Origin: a virus
Lineage: Duplodnaviria; Heunggongvirae; Uroviricota; Caudoviricetes
DNA: 64,000 nt
Direction: 5' to 3' (one strand)
Virus record (IMG/VR): IMGVR_UViG_3300034095_001584
Notes under the pieces: model-generated
What the model saw: only the letters and a program-made list of their open reading frames with translations
What the model was told of the DNA's origin: nothing
Databases searched by the model: none
Translations under genes and position numbers: made by a program
Part shown: one piece after another, positions 18,909 to 28,189 of the stretch
Layout of the letters: the number at the start of each line of letters is the position of its first letter
How positions within the stretch are numbered: position 1 is the first letter of the stretch

Positions 18909-19569
18909 TTTTTCTTTCCAATAACCTTTTATATGTATCATCATGAGACATTTGTAGGCTTTTTTTAATTTGTATATTTTTTAACATATTAACAATAAAA
19001 TATGATATGTACATATCACCTGCTCCTAATACATTTACATCATTTATTTCTTGAGTATTTATTACAATTTTTTCTTTTTTATTTGATGATATACTTCCTG
19101 TTTTATGATGTAATATAACCCATCCTTTTGTTAAATTACATAGTGAATCAAAATCAGTAAACATGTCTTCATCTGATATAAAGAGATAATCAACGTATTT
19201 TAATAAATGTACATCTATTGGTTTTCCAACACTTATATCATATGATATCACACCAGTGTTGATGTCTTTAATAAAAGACGTATCCGGTAAATTATTTACA
19301 TATAAAATATGATTCCATTTTGAATCTTTTATACAAGGTGTATTAGTTTTTAAATTTAACTCTGGTTTTGATACTCTAGTTGATGTTGATTTATCAATAT
19401 AAATTAATGCTTGTCCAATAGATGTAGGTTGTAAATTGATTTTTAATGATGGGTCTATTTTTACTAGAGTGCTCCATACATTTGCAATTGAACCAATTGA
19501 ATCTTTTCTTTCAAAGTCTTCAAAAATTATATCCCTTGTTAGGTGGCCATATAAACTAATATCATACAT
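18895..19569 (-). CDS. PfkB-family carbohydrate kinase
   Basis: LYGHLTRD, LFISDED, C-terminal VNVLGAGDMY anion-hole motif. Confidence 0.8.
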   Translation of the reverse strand: MYDISLYGHLTRDIIFEDFERKDSIGSIANVWSTLVKIDPSLKINLQPTSIGQALIYIDKSTSTRVSKPELNLKTNTPCIKDSKWNHILYVNNLPDTSFIKDINTGVISYDISVGKPIDVHLLKYVDYLFISDEDMFTDFDSLCNLTKGWVILHHKTGSISSNKKEKIVINTQEINDVNVLGAGDMYISYFIVNMLKNIQIKKSLQMSHDDTYKRLLERKNEKI

Positions 19570-19571
19570 AA

Positions 19572-20099
19572 TTAAAATTTTTCTTTTTTATCTAATTCAT
19601 ATATTTTTGACATAATTTCTTCGTAAGTCAATGACGGTATTAATTTACTTTTTTCAATATATTCAAATAAATGTAATACTGCATTATTTCCACCAAAAAC
19701 ATTTAATTCAATTGAATGTAATTTAACTATTAATGGTGAATCACTTGTGCAAAATGAATATCCTACTTCTTTCATTATGCCAATATCAAATAAATCATCA
19801 CCAAAATAACAAATATTTTTTCTATCTATATTATATTTTGATTCAATTGTTTTCAATAAAAATTCTTTTGGTATAGATCTACTCAGATAAAAATCAATAT
19901 TTCTATTATCAGCTACTAGTTTATTTATATTTTCATCTCCTGATAAAAATATCACATTGATTCCAAGTGATTTAAATCTTTTAATACTTGTCCAATCTTT
20001 ATCACAGAAAGATTTTAAATATACAGATCCATCTTGACCATAATACTTTTTTCCGTCCGTCATTATTCCATCAACATCTAATATAATTAATTTAATCAT
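19572..20099 (-). CDS. KdsC-like HAD phosphatase
   Basis: ILDVDGIMTDG, LSG, YFGDDLFD, GGNNAV. Confidence 0.85.
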   Translation of the reverse strand: MIKLIILDVDGIMTDGKKYYGQDGSVYLKSFCDKDWTSIKRFKSLGINVIFLSGDENINKLVADNRNIDFYLSRSIPKEFLLKTIESKYNIDRKNICYFGDDLFDIGIMKEVGYSFCTSDSPLIVKLHSIELNVFGGNNAVLHLFEYIEKSKLIPSLTYEEIMSKIYELDKKEKF

Positions 20100-20535
20100 A
20101 ATTTAAAATATAATCACTGCATATACCTATACAATTACTAATATCACCGCTATATCCTACCTCAGGCATTACACAAATGCTTTTTGGATATAAGGTTTTA
20201 TTTGGATAAGTCCATATATAACCTTTACTGGTTAAAATCCAATCTTCATTTGTATGCCAAAATACATTTATATTGTTATATTGCAATAGTATATTAAATG
20301 CATCTCCATTCTTTGCATGTAACCATAACTTATCATTATTCAAAAAATCAAATTTTATCTCAAATACAGGATTGTCATGTCCCAAATACCAATTATTATT
20401 AGTATACCATACATCAATTTCAACATTGTAACCTAATTGTAATGCTTGTATAATATAATCAGGATGATTTTCTTTATCAGCATTAGGTCCGTTAACATTG
20501 CCTCTATGAGATATTAGAAATTTGTTAAATGACAC
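20092..20535 (-). CDS. PLC-like/GDPD-like phosphodiesterase (short)
   Basis: ISHRGN, ENHPDYI, VEIDVW, LGHD, WLHAKN, GICSD. Confidence 0.7.
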   Translation of the reverse strand: MSFNKFLISHRGNVNGPNADKENHPDYIIQALQLGYNVEIDVWYTNNNWYLGHDNPVFEIKFDFLNNDKLWLHAKNGDAFNILLQYNNINVFWHTNEDWILTSKGYIWTYPNKTLYPKSICVMPEVGYSGDISNCIGICSDYILNYD

Positions 20536-20540
20536 GTTTA

Positions 20541-21761
20541 TTACCCTATGATTTTAAATTCTGGACATGGTACAATTAACTTCCCACCTTTCTTGATGAA
20601 TTCACTTTCTCTTTTTTCAAATTCATCAATAAAATGCCAAGGTAAAATTAACAAATAATCAGGATTTCTTGATCTCATTTCTTCTTCTGATATAATTGGA
20701 ATATTTGTACCTATAGTTTTCAATCCAAATTTATAAGGACTTCTCTCAGCAATTGCATCAATTAAAGTATGATCTAATCCAAAATATTGTAATAGAGTAT
20801 TTCCTTTTGTAGATGCACCGTAACCATATATTTTCTTACCTTTGCTTTTTTCTTCTTTAATAAAAGATACGGTTTGTTCTTTTAACTTATTTAGTCTATC
20901 ACCGAAATTTGACCAAACATTTTGATTACTGATGTCATATTTTTCTTTTTCAATTGAAAGAATAGATTCAATTCTAAAATTACAAACATCTCGTAATGGA
21001 GCAGATCCAAACGTAGATTTGTTTGCTACATTTTTTTGAAAGTATACTCTGAAACTGCCGCCATTAGTATCATTTAATTCACAGTCAACTAAATTAAATC
21101 CGTTATCACTAAATAACTTTTTAATAGTTGTTAATGAATAATAATAAATGTGTTCATGACAGATATTATCAAACGCTAATTGATTGATCATTAATGGTGT
21201 ATATGACATTTGTAATACCAATAACCCATCATCATCTAAAATTTCATATAAATCATTGATTACAGGTATTGGATTTTCAATATCATAAAACATTGCAATA
21301 ATAGTAACCACCTTGCATTTTTTATCACCATATCCAGTTTTTTCATATGAACTTTTTGAAAAATAATCTTGTACAACAGTAGCTACTTTTGATGATTCAT
21401 TATAATAAGAATTATCCGCTGGATCAATTCCCAATTTTATAAAATCAAATGGAACATTTTTTAGCAATGTACCGTCATTGCATGCAATATCTAACCAAAT
21501 ATCACCCTTTTTAAATTTAATTCTTGAACATATTTGGTTTACTATGTCACGTAACTGCATTGTCATTGATATATTTATTCCTGATCTATACCAGTATTTT
21601 CCATACATACTATCCAATGGCGCAGATGTTTTTAATCTTGGCGCATTGATTTTTTCATCCAAATATAAGTCTAATGAATATTTTTTAATATTTTCATATG
21701 AATCTGACGGATTCATAAAATCAGATACATAATGTTCACCTAATTCCAATAGTTTTTTCAT
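20541..21761 (-). CDS. NDP-hexose C-methyltransferase
   Basis: YWYRSG, LDIACNDGTLL, DNICHEHIYYYS, NGGSFR, YGASTKGNTLLQ, ILPWHF. Confidence 0.88.
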   Translation of the reverse strand: MKKLLELGEHYVSDFMNPSDSYENIKKYSLDLYLDEKINAPRLKTSAPLDSMYGKYWYRSGINISMTMQLRDIVNQICSRIKFKKGDIWLDIACNDGTLLKNVPFDFIKLGIDPADNSYYNESSKVATVVQDYFSKSSYEKTGYGDKKCKVVTIIAMFYDIENPIPVINDLYEILDDDGLLVLQMSYTPLMINQLAFDNICHEHIYYYSLTTIKKLFSDNGFNLVDCELNDTNGGSFRVYFQKNVANKSTFGSAPLRDVCNFRIESILSIEKEKYDISNQNVWSNFGDRLNKLKEQTVSFIKEEKSKGKKIYGYGASTKGNTLLQYFGLDHTLIDAIAERSPYKFGLKTIGTNIPIISEEEMRSRNPDYLLILPWHFIDEFEKRESEFIKKGGKLIVPCPEFKIIG

Positions 21762-22426
21762 ATTTTAAATCCTTTATTTTCTTCTTCTGTAAATAATTTG
21801 TTATACTTTATATTAGTCTGTATTTGTTTTTCAATTGTTTTGTTGTGGTGTAACGCAAATTCATATTCATATGGTAGATGAACATGTGTTTTTGATCCTT
21901 CCACCTTTTCATGTAATCTACGTTTCCACTCAATATAAGGTAAATTTTTAAATAATCTACCTTGTACATCAGGCCAATTAACAATCAATCTATCCTCATA
22001 GGGAGTCAATTTCCATCCCCATTGTTGGGCGTTTATATGATTAACTCCTCTAAAGTCATTAATACGTGGAATCCAAAATAAATCAATATCTTTATTAAGA
22101 TTAAGTAATTCTTTTAATGATTCTAATAATGTTTCAGTTGGTAATTCATCATCATCAATTTGAAAAATATATTCTCCTTGACATTGACTCTTACCATAGT
22201 TTTTATGTTCACTATAATTTCTATCTAATTTATGTTTATAAATCTTAAAGAAATTATTGTCAGATACGTTATTTAATACTTGTAACGTCAATGGATCATC
22301 ACTGTAATCATCTAAAATAATACATTCATTGTTAGAACCATATTTATACAATCGTTCCAAAAGAGTTTGGAGTTCAAATCCTGTATTTTTTGTTGTTACT
22401 AGATATGATATAAAAATATCATTCAT
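21758..22426 (-). CDS. GT2 glycosyltransferase
   Basis: ISYLVTT, ILDDYS, IFQIDDDE, WIPRIN, WPDVQGR. Confidence 0.85.
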   Translation of the reverse strand: MNDIFISYLVTTKNTGFELQTLLERLYKYGSNNECIILDDYSDDPLTLQVLNNVSDNNFFKIYKHKLDRNYSEHKNYGKSQCQGEYIFQIDDDELPTETLLESLKELLNLNKDIDLFWIPRINDFRGVNHINAQQWGWKLTPYEDRLIVNWPDVQGRLFKNLPYIEWKRRLHEKVEGSKTHVHLPYEYEFALHHNKTIEKQIQTNIKYNKLFTEEENKGFKI

Positions 22427-22430
22427 ATTG

Positions 22431-23762
22431 TTACAATTTTTTAAGAGTTGGTAATTCAATTTTATTTAGTTTTGGTGCCTCAATTTTTTTCAATTTAGGC
22501 AACACCAGTGTACGTTCAACTGAAAATTCAGGAACGTATTTATTTAAAATTTCATGTAATCTAACATCCATTGCTTGAATACTAAATTTTTGTTCATTTT
22601 CAACTCTTAACTTTTCATAGTCTTCCAAAATATCTTTTGATAGACTATTATACAATTTCTTTAGTTTATCTGATGCCAGACTTTGTGACACATAAAACCA
22701 AGAAGATTCTTTGATCAACCAATCATTTACTGATCCCGGATCAATTGGTTTAACTGTTCCTTCAAAAAATTCCGCATACTTAGGATTCAAGAAATCTAAA
22801 TGTCCGCTCCAATTTGAAACAACAGTTGGTTTTCCACTTAATGTTGATAACAAAATTGGATGTCCAAATCCTTCACCATGAGTAAAATTGACATGTACCT
22901 TTACTTTTTCATGATTGAATAATGCATTCATCTCAACTGGACTTAGTTCTCCGTGAATTAAATATACATTTGGAACATTACCTCCAACTAAAGATTGAAC
23001 TTTTTTTATTTTCTTTAAAATGTCTTCTCTATCAACTTTTGAGAAATTTGCTCCATTAGTCTTTATGATTAAACAGGGTCTATTATCTGTTTTTGAATCT
23101 TTAAATGTTTCAGAGAATACCTTGATTAAAGTAGCAATGTCCTTTCTGTCAGTAAATAATCCACCATGCGTCCATTGGCCAACAAATAAAAATGCAAATT
23201 TTTCTGGAATTGTTGACATTACATCATCAACGTTTTGAACTTTTTCATCTGTTTTCTTGTAAATTGATGTGTCAGCACCCCAGAAACATACTTCAATTGG
23301 TTTTTCACTTTTTAATGGTTCTACTTTGCCATCTTGATATTGTTTTTGGTATTGTGCAGATTCAAATACTTTCTTTACATGATTACTTGTAACAATATTC
23401 ATGTTCATCTTATTTAAACCTTCAATGAATTGACCAGATGCCGCAGTAGTTTCAATACCAGCGGTAATACCAATATTATATTTACCTATTGATTGGAATT
23501 CATTTGGAATGCTAATCTGTACAAATAGATCAGGTTGTTTTTGTAGAGGAGCAGTTAAAAAGTGACTGAATAACTTTTTATCTTCTTCAGATGTAAGATC
23601 TGAATCAGTTATTTTTGATGGACATCCACCCCATCTTGTAGGAGCAATTTTAACATCATATTTATTATATCTAATGATACTTTTTGCAAGATCTGTTGCC
23701 AAATCACCATAACCGCTTCTACTGAAGACTGGTCCTTGAATTACACATAATGGTTTATTCAT
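22431..23762 (-). CDS. GT4 (GT-B) glycosyltransferase
   Basis: PVFSRSGYG, GITAGIET, FLFVGQW, THGEGFGHP. Confidence 0.85.
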   Translation of the reverse strand: MNKPLCVIQGPVFSRSGYGDLATDLAKSIIRYNKYDVKIAPTRWGGCPSKITDSDLTSEEDKKLFSHFLTAPLQKQPDLFVQISIPNEFQSIGKYNIGITAGIETTAASGQFIEGLNKMNMNIVTSNHVKKVFESAQYQKQYQDGKVEPLKSEKPIEVCFWGADTSIYKKTDEKVQNVDDVMSTIPEKFAFLFVGQWTHGGLFTDRKDIATLIKVFSETFKDSKTDNRPCLIIKTNGANFSKVDREDILKKIKKVQSLVGGNVPNVYLIHGELSPVEMNALFNHEKVKVHVNFTHGEGFGHPILLSTLSGKPTVVSNWSGHLDFLNPKYAEFFEGTVKPIDPGSVNDWLIKESSWFYVSQSLASDKLKKLYNSLSKDILEDYEKLRVENEQKFSIQAMDVRLHEILNKYVPEFSVERTLVLPKLKKIEAPKLNKIELPTLKKL

Positions 23763-23766
23763 AAAT

Positions 23767-24429
23767 TTATCCTAGTTTTTGTTCTCTTTCTTTAATTGCA
23801 TCAATATATTTTTTTTGTGGTGTTACTGTACTGTTATTGTTTTTCTCATACAATTCAGCAATGTTTTTAATTTGTTGTTTGGTGTCTGTACTGCCAAAAC
23901 CACCTTCACCTCTATTAGTAGAATCTAATTCATCTACTAACACAAATTCAACGTTTTCTACCTTAGTCACTTTGAGTTGACACACTTTATCACCTTTATT
24001 ATAGAGTTTAGTAGAGTTAACATATCCTTCCAATAGATTATCTGTTCTAATTTTATAATCTTCTGGTTGCCAGATATACTTGAAACGAAGTAATACTTCA
24101 CCACGATAATCTGCGTCAATTAATCCAATACAGTTGGCTAATACTAGATTGTACTTACTAACACTACTACGAGGAAATGCTAGAATATCATAGTCCAAAT
24201 CAGTGTAACCAAAGTTACTAAATACTCTATCTTTTTGTACAGCTAACTTAAGATTGGTTTTATATTGAATATAATCAATACGTTTGTATGCACCATTCTC
24301 ATACTTTTCACCAATAATTTCAGGATCACTGGTGACAATCACATCAAATCCAGTAGCTCTATCAGTACCTTTCTTGGGTAGATTATCTACGGATTGATAA
24401 GTTTCATTCTTTAATACTTGAATCTTCAT
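23767..24429 (-). CDS. dut: trimeric dUTPase
   Basis: All five motifs: ATGFDV, PRSS, GLIDADYRGE, GDKVCQL, RGEGGFGST. Confidence 0.93.
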   Translation of the reverse strand: MKIQVLKNETYQSVDNLPKKGTDRATGFDVIVTSDPEIIGEKYENGAYKRIDYIQYKTNLKLAVQKDRVFSNFGYTDLDYDILAFPRSSVSKYNLVLANCIGLIDADYRGEVLLRFKYIWQPEDYKIRTDNLLEGYVNSTKLYNKGDKVCQLKVTKVENVEFVLVDELDSTNRGEGGFGSTDTKQQIKNIAELYEKNNNSTVTPQKKYIDAIKEREQKLG

Positions 24430-25412
24430 AGTTTAGATAGTGTAGTATCAATTTCTGATTTTAATTTGTCAATGTTAATCTTAGGAACTTCTACACCAAA
24501 CGTATTATGTGGTTGTGAATTACCAACACAATCAGATGTTGTATGAATAGAAAACCCAGGTTCTGGAATAAAGTTATTAATAGTATAATCCATTGCCTTG
24601 ATGAATTGAGCACACATATTCTTGGCATTAATACCACCTTCATTCATTGCCCATCTACGACCTTCCAAACCACACTTTTCACGTTGTTCTGGTGTCATTA
24701 GATACCAATACATGATTGCTTCAGCAGCTTCTTCCCATGTACATACATCATCAAAGATATATGGAGTTGGTACACTTCCTTGAATTGTTTTAACTGCGGG
24801 CCAAATTGGCTTAGCCCACACACCATGATTTCTATATTTTCCAGTACTATTAGTGCCAAATTCAAGGGTAAATTCAAATGGTTTGCCTTCATTATCTACT
24901 TGACCAATTTGATCTTGTAACCCTCCAGTTACCGTAGTAATTACTGGAGTACCACACATAATTGATTCAGCAATACTCAATCCAAATCCTTCATTGGAAC
25001 TGATTAGAATTGTAACATCTGCAATATTGTACATTGCACACATTTCTTCTGGACTAATCTTATGTTCAACAAATACTACGTCATAATTTGGACACAGAGC
25101 AGTAATTACTTCTGGTAAGTCTGTACCTGCGTCTTGTACTTTTTCTGTATGTAATACCAATACACACTTAGCAGCTTGTTCTGGTGTTAGATTGTCACAG
25201 AATGCTCTAAAAGCTAATACTGCGTTACTTGTCTTTTTACGTTGAACGTTACGACTGTTGTAGAATAATACAAAGTCATATTGTTTATCACCAAATAGTT
25301 GCTTTTTCTTTTCTTTGATCAACTTATGATCCGCAGCTAGTGGTATAAATACATCACTGTTGATACCGTGAGGAACTAAATGTAATAGATGTTTTTTATT
25401 TTTAAATGGCAT
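24426..25412 (-). CDS. GT4 glycosyltransferase, C-terminal (donor-binding) half
   Basis: Starts VPHGIN, YNSRNVQRK, SSNEGFGLSIAES, TGGLQDQ. Confidence 0.85.
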   Translation of the reverse strand: MPFKNKKHLLHLVPHGINSDVFIPLAADHKLIKEKKKQLFGDKQYDFVLFYNSRNVQRKKTSNAVLAFRAFCDNLTPEQAAKCVLVLHTEKVQDAGTDLPEVITALCPNYDVVFVEHKISPEEMCAMYNIADVTILISSNEGFGLSIAESIMCGTPVITTVTGGLQDQIGQVDNEGKPFEFTLEFGTNSTGKYRNHGVWAKPIWPAVKTIQGSVPTPYIFDDVCTWEEAAEAIMYWYLMTPEQREKCGLEGRRWAMNEGGINAKNMCAQFIKAMDYTINNFIPEPGFSIHTTSDCVGNSQPHNTFGVEVPKINIDKLKSEIDTTLSKL

Positions 25413-25419
25413 AACTTTA

Positions 25420-25950
25420 TTAAACTGTTTGGTTTTCTACTTCATCTAATGAGAAACAATTTTCTGCTCCCAATACGTGTTTAGCAATATTATTTGATTG
25501 TTTACTAATAGCAAACAATGCGTCACAACTCTGATAAAATGGTCTATTCCACATTGGATATGGCAAATCATCCCAAATATGAAGATACGTCAATGGTAAT
25601 TTGGCTCTAACTTGTTTTTCAATAGCATATAACCATCCCCAGAATCTAGGATCAGTAAAATGCATGATTGCGTCAGGTTTTTCTGATTGAATAACAGAAA
25701 ATAACATTTGTTCATTTCCATAACCATCGGTAGGATACAATTTGATATTTGCATCTGGTACTTTTGTCAAATCTCTTGTTGCTTGATTTAAGTCAACAAT
25801 TTTACCTGCTTCTGGATGTTTGATTGCACCTGCAATTTGAACCCAATCATAGTGATGAACTGTACCCAAGGCCAATTCTCTAGACATAGTTGCAATACCA
25901 CTATGCATTCTTAAATCATCTGATAGTAATAATATTTTCTTTTTCTTCAT
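25420..25950 (-). CDS. GT4 glycosyltransferase, N-terminal half
   Basis: KILLLSDDLRMHSGIATM, PDAIMHFTDPRFW, IWDDLPYP, AISKQS. Confidence 0.8.
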   Translation of the reverse strand: MKKKKILLLSDDLRMHSGIATMSRELALGTVHHYDWVQIAGAIKHPEAGKIVDLNQATRDLTKVPDANIKLYPTDGYGNEQMLFSVIQSEKPDAIMHFTDPRFWGWLYAIEKQVRAKLPLTYLHIWDDLPYPMWNRPFYQSCDALFAISKQSNNIAKHVLGAENCFSLDEVENQTV

Positions 25951-25956
25951 AAATTG

Positions 25957-26181
25957 TTAGTTTTTAGATCCAGTAATACTTAATTTGGTAACTTGTGCCT
26001 CTTCACTTAAAACTGGAATGCTGAAATTATATAATCTGTCTTTAAATTCTCTGTCATTCAAATACAAATACATTGCTCTATTCACTAGATCTTGCAAATG
26101 AAACTTGGATTTAACGTTTTGAATCTTAAATGACTCATATAAACCATTATCTACCTTTACGGTTGTAACACTGCTTTTCAT
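25957..26181 (-). CDS. ribbon-helix-helix DNA-binding protein
   Basis: TTVKVDNGLYESFK...LQDLVNRAMYLYL: alternating beta strand then two helices. Confidence 0.6.
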   Translation of the reverse strand: MKSSVTTVKVDNGLYESFKIQNVKSKFHLQDLVNRAMYLYLNDREFKDRLYNFSIPVLSEEAQVTKLSITGSKN

Positions 26182-26204
26182 ATATACGTATATACATATA
26201 TACG
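26181..26204. repeat. three tandem 8-bp repeats TATATAC(g/a) including a 14-bp palindrome
   Basis: tatatacg tatataca tatatacg; 26181-26194 is self-complementary; abuts the RHH start codon. Confidence 0.8.
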
Positions 26205-26224
26205 GCAGTTAAGGTAGATTTATT

Positions 26225-27133
26225 TTAATCTAACAATTTATCTGCTTTGCCATTACAATTAACCTTGTGATGTTGACAATACTTACAATTCTTCTTAGCT
26301 TTACCAGGAATCTTTGGATATGAACCATTTACATTGTAATCACCTTCAACGGTAAAACACTCAGTAACAAATGTTGCAAAGTCACCTAGAGTAGATGCAA
26401 TTGCTTGTTTATTGTGCATGGGTTCATAGATTTGAATACGACTTTGAGGAAAGTCTACAGCTTCATATAGTTTTCTCTTTAAGATAAAGAATTCTACTTC
26501 AATGTGATTCAAATCAACGTTGAACTTCTTTGCATAAAATGCTTTATATAGCAAGATCTGACTAAACTTGGCTGGATCTTCCTTTTGATACTTATTCCAT
26601 CCATTAGAACTAGTCTTAAAGTCGTAAATCTTATACTTACCAGTTTCTTTATCTTTAAGAACCAAGTCAACGTAAGCAATAAACTCTACGTTATTCTTAA
26701 TTGGTAGATCCAATGGAATTTCCACACCAATAAACTCATATTTCTGAGAAGGAAAGTATTTGAGACGGTTCTTTGTACTAAGAAATGTCTTTAAGATATC
26801 TTCACCGTCAAATAAAAATTCAGTGTATTCATCATCTGTATAGGTAAATTTACTACCTGGTTTACTCTTTTCTTTTTGGATTTCTTCCTCAAACTTAGTC
26901 TTAAACAGTTCAAATACATTGATACTATCAGCTTTCTCAACAGATTCAGTATATAGTGATTGTAAGAATGTTTGTACGGAATGATGGATTGCGGTACCAA
27001 AGAATATGTTTAAACTTGCGTCATAGATTCTTTTACCTTCCAGATAGTTAAGTTTCCAACTATAGGGACATTTCATCCACATTGAATATTGGCTGAAACT
27101 TACCCGCTTCTTTTTTATTTCTTGTACATCCAT
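26225..27133 (-). CDS. PD-(D/E)XK nuclease (RecB/Cas4-like)
   Basis: VSFSQYSMWMKCP, FGTAIH, E...AYVDLV...IYDFKT, Q.LLY, NCKYC Zn cluster. Confidence 0.88.
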   Translation of the reverse strand: MDVQEIKKKRVSFSQYSMWMKCPYSWKLNYLEGKRIYDASLNIFFGTAIHHSVQTFLQSLYTESVEKADSINVFELFKTKFEEEIQKEKSKPGSKFTYTDDEYTEFLFDGEDILKTFLSTKNRLKYFPSQKYEFIGVEIPLDLPIKNNVEFIAYVDLVLKDKETGKYKIYDFKTSSNGWNKYQKEDPAKFSQILLYKAFYAKKFNVDLNHIEVEFFILKRKLYEAVDFPQSRIQIYEPMHNKQAIASTLGDFATFVTECFTVEGDYNVNGSYPKIPGKAKKNCKYCQHHKVNCNGKADKLLD

Positions 27134-27139
27134 TTGAAT

Positions 27140-27168
27140 AGAATAACTTATAAAATATATGAAGTCAA
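27140..27168 (-). promoter_or_regulatory. sigma70-type promoter
   Basis: Minus strand TTGACT (27168-27163), 17 nt, TATTCT (27145-27140); ATG 6 nt later. Confidence 0.6.
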
Positions 27169-27191
27169 TCTATAACAACTATTTATTAAAT

Positions 27192-27926
27192 ATGAAAAAT
27201 CTATTATTCTCATTATTAATGGTGTTGTCTGTTAACGCAAACAGTTTGTTTCTTTATGATTCCACAGAAAAAACTGAGTTATCAGAAGTAGTTGGTGGAA
27301 AATTGAGTGTGTTGTCCACTACTGTTGGTAACACATATACACTAACAAATGGTCTTAGTGTTGTAGCTGGTACAAATCAAACTACTTCTTACGTGTTTCC
27401 ACATAAAATTGCTGTATATCAAAAGGAATCTACCAGCGTATACTTCAACCAAACACCAATTGAATACAATAATACGTTCAAATTACCTGAAATAGTTAAG
27501 TTAAAAGAATCCGCATTCAATTTTACTGTAGATGGTGTTTTATATTGCGTAAGCAAATGTCCTAGTCAAACTACTATAGGTACTCCTCTTGGATTTATTA
27601 CATTTACCAATGCTAAATTCTTTGTAACATCTGGTGCTAAATATACTCATGTATACGTAGTAGAAGGTAATGTAACAGTTTCAGATACAAAGTCAAAGAA
27701 AAAGAAACAATTAAAAGCTGATGATTACCTTGTTATAACACCACAAATAGTGTTGTCTCCAAGAGAAGGTACTATAAGTAACTTAGGCAACTCTTTCAGT
27801 ATCAAAGAAGTAGAAGATACAGAAAAAGAAGTACACGTTAAAGAAACTCAAGTGTTAACTGATAAACTTAATAACGTACTTTTTATAAACTATGACGCAA
27901 ATATATTTGGTGTTAAATTAAATTGA
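27192..27926 (+). CDS. secreted FecR-like beta-sandwich protein
   Basis: Signal peptide MKNLLFSLLMVLSVNANS; TTIGTPLG..TF...F.V....THVYVVEGNVTV FecR-type pattern. Confidence 0.6.
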   Translation: MKNLLFSLLMVLSVNANSLFLYDSTEKTELSEVVGGKLSVLSTTVGNTYTLTNGLSVVAGTNQTTSYVFPHKIAVYQKESTSVYFNQTPIEYNNTFKLPEIVKLKESAFNFTVDGVLYCVSKCPSQTTIGTPLGFITFTNAKFFVTSGAKYTHVYVVEGNVTVSDTKSKKKKQLKADDYLVITPQIVLSPREGTISNLGNSFSIKEVEDTEKEVHVKETQVLTDKLNNVLFINYDANIFGVKLN

Positions 27927-27951
27927 CAGTGTTTAAAAATTAGGTTATAAT
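27923..27951 (+). promoter_or_regulatory. consensus sigma70 promoter
   Basis: TTGACA (27923-27928), 17 nt, TATAAT (27946-27951); ATG at 27958. Confidence 0.88.
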
Positions 27952-27957
27952 AGAATT

Positions 27958-28185
27958 ATGAGATTAGAACAATTGTATTCATTAACTGAAGATGAAACCG
28001 CAATGCTTTGGGGAATTGTTAATTTAGCAACTCCTCCTGTTATTAGCGCTTATCAAATGGAAGTGGAATTATTCACAGCTATTAAAGATGAAAAGCTAAA
28101 ACAACGAGTGAATCAGTTTGACAAGTACGTAAAACCAGAGTATATTGAACTATACAACTCACTTAAAGCTAAGTTGGGTTATTAA
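27958..28185 (+). CDS. hypothetical protein
   Basis: 75 aa ORF between the consensus promoter and the polymerase. Confidence 0.7.
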   Translation: MRLEQLYSLTEDETAMLWGIVNLATPPVISAYQMEVELFTAIKDEKLKQRVNQFDKYVKPEYIELYNSLKAKLGY

Positions 28186-28189
28186 AAAT

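Noticed and set aside
26225-27133. Cas4 as part of a CRISPR-Cas locus
   Set aside because: No cas1, cas2 or array is nearby. Solo PD-(D/E)XK nucleases are common in phages.
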